A DNA stretch of 64,000 nucleotides, taken from Octopus sinensis. Taxonomy: Eukaryota. The position numbers and the translations under genes were made by a program. The stretch is from the NCBI RefSeq assembly GCF_006345805.1, contig NC_043015.1, positions 19,282,001 through 19,346,000 of the forward strand, written 5' to 3'. Positions 62,030-64,000 of this stretch are shown in pieces. Position 1 is the first letter of the stretch; every line of letters begins with the position of its first letter. The notes under the pieces were generated by a model. That model was not told the DNA's origin, did not search any database, and was given only the letters and a program-made list of their open reading frames with translations.

Positions 62030-64000
62030 TACTTTCCTACTTTGAAATGGTTGAAGTATTTTTACTTTTACTTGTTTCAGTCATTAAACTGCGGCCATAA
62101 TCTATTTATTTTCATTACCTTTTCTTCCCCACCGACCACCCACAAACAAAAATCCTCACTTACGGTAATAAATAACTCGCGGATAGTTTACAGTTTGTAT
62201 CTTTGTAGTGACAAAAACCACAAAGAAACTACAGTTTATTTCAATGACTTTTTGTATATATATATTTTTTTTTTTTCTTGAAAAAGTGAAATATACAACG
62301 AAGTATGCTATCACTTTTGACAACTTGGGATTGTCACAAACGTATTTCACATTAAAGAGTTACCTAAAAGTTAAACTTGACCTTTTTTTTCCTTTTGGAA
62401 AAAGAAAAAATTGAAAATAATTTGTTTTTACTGTCTATCGTTTATTTCAAACCTTTTTCTTTTCTTTTTATTTTTTGTTAGTTTTAAAAGTGAAAGATAA
62501 AAAAAAACATCCTTTCTTTCAAATTGTGAGAATTATCAAAAACTTTACTTTATAAGTAACCAGAAATTTCAAATGTTATTTGAAGTCACAAAACAAATTT
62601 ATCTCCCTTTCTACAGGTGTGGTAATTACGCAAACCTAGAAGTAAACAGATATCGTTCAATGAAAAAGATATATCAAAATGCTTATAAAGAAAACTTGTC
62701 AATTATTTATGCTAGCCATCGGATTTTTTACTTTCTTACAAGGTGCGTTTGTTTTTATACAATTCTTTGATTAACCAACCTTTTTATTGTTTCAGAATAT
62801 TCTTCTCGGAGTACAAAACTGACAAATTGTTTTAGAATTGAAGAGAACCTAGTTTTCAATTTGGTTAATAATTTGTGTATGACCAGTGCCGTTTTAAAGG
62901 TGAAAAGGTTGCTCCAACACATACATATAAGTCTATATATTTGACGAGTCGCCTTCACAGGTGAGCGCTTTATAGGTGCGAAACCAATGATCACCCTCTG
63001 ACAGGCCATAACAACCAACATTCACACACAGCGAGAAGGAGGAATCCGTTAGAAAGGAAGTGCCAGGTGTGGGTTGTAAAATATTGAAACTTGTGGATAA
63101 ACAAATTTTTTTCAGAACCATTATTTTCGTTGAATGAAACTTTTAACTGCTGCGGTGTTTTATTTCTCTTTTCTTTTTCTGTTTGTTGTATTTCATAGAA
63201 AACCAAAACTTTTTACTGATGAGTTTTTGTGAATTTATTTACAATTTGCTTTGTATATGTTTTATTGATATGTGTAAAGTATACTAGCTACCGTATACTG
63301 GCGATGTAACATCAGAAATTAGGTTAAAATTGTTTCACTACCATTACTTCAATATCTGAGCGATTGGCTTGTACGCAACTTTAAAACTAGATTTTCAAAT
63401 AATAATATTCACTTGAGAAACAACTTGAAAAGGTACACGAATAGAAGAAAATTTGCAGTTCAATTATATTGTGTGAGTCGAACATAATTCGTGGCTCTTG
63501 TGTTCACAGGGTATGAGCTATTTGGGATCCGGACAAAAGCCTGGTAGTTAAAGTGTGAAAGTGGACAAAAGCCCCACCTTTTACTTATTTCAGTCATTAG
63601 ACTGAGGCCATGCTGGGGCACCACCTTGAATAATGTTTAGTTGAACGCATCGATCTCAGAATCTTTGGTTAATATAAAGATCTTCACCCGGGAACAAAAA
63701 AATAATAAACCAGTCTGCTGGGTGTTAACAAGTATGTAGAAAACGAATATTAAAAAAAAAATGCGCGCTGACAACCCTGATGGAGTGGGGAGAGGACTTT
63801 CGGAAAATTCACAAGATACGATCTTTCCGCCATAACTTCCGGTATATATATATATATATATATATATTGATTTTTTTTTACGGAATCTCACGTTTTGGGT
63901 TATGGAGGATATAATTCTGGAAAAAAAAGGTTAATCGCAGAAAAATCAGCATTTTGAAATTTAAATTTAAAGTCTTTTGTTTTCTTCTCTCAGCACTTAC

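Noticed and set aside
62935-62995. TTGACGAG...CGAAAC hammerhead-like motif
   Set aside because: Helix II does not close next to GAAA, and helices I and III are absent.

Overview
AT-rich, repeat-dense eukaryotic DNA. The repeat families look like those of an Octopus (coleoid cephalopod) genome; this is recognition from memory, not a database search. The only confident host-gene feature is the ATG-containing exon of an SLC5A sodium:solute symporter (251-400, minus strand), which runs off the left edge. The rest is nested mobile DNA: Penelope-like elements (PLEs), Tc1/mariner, hAT, Merlin, Gypsy, L1/Tx1 and CR1-type LINEs, Helitrons, tRNA SINEs, many foldback MITEs and microsatellites, plus a decayed spliced ORF. 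The main hunt result is a set of minimal hammerhead ribozyme (HHR) motifs from several families. One family sits in a module of tRNA-derived head + (AAT)n + HHR + terminal hairpin. This module is the 3' pseudo-LTR of a Penelope element (13422-15927) and also occurs twice on its own as an inverted pair that starts at the tRNA 5' end. That pattern suggests a Pol III, hammerhead-bearing, Penelope-mobilised SINE. Its novelty cannot be checked here.
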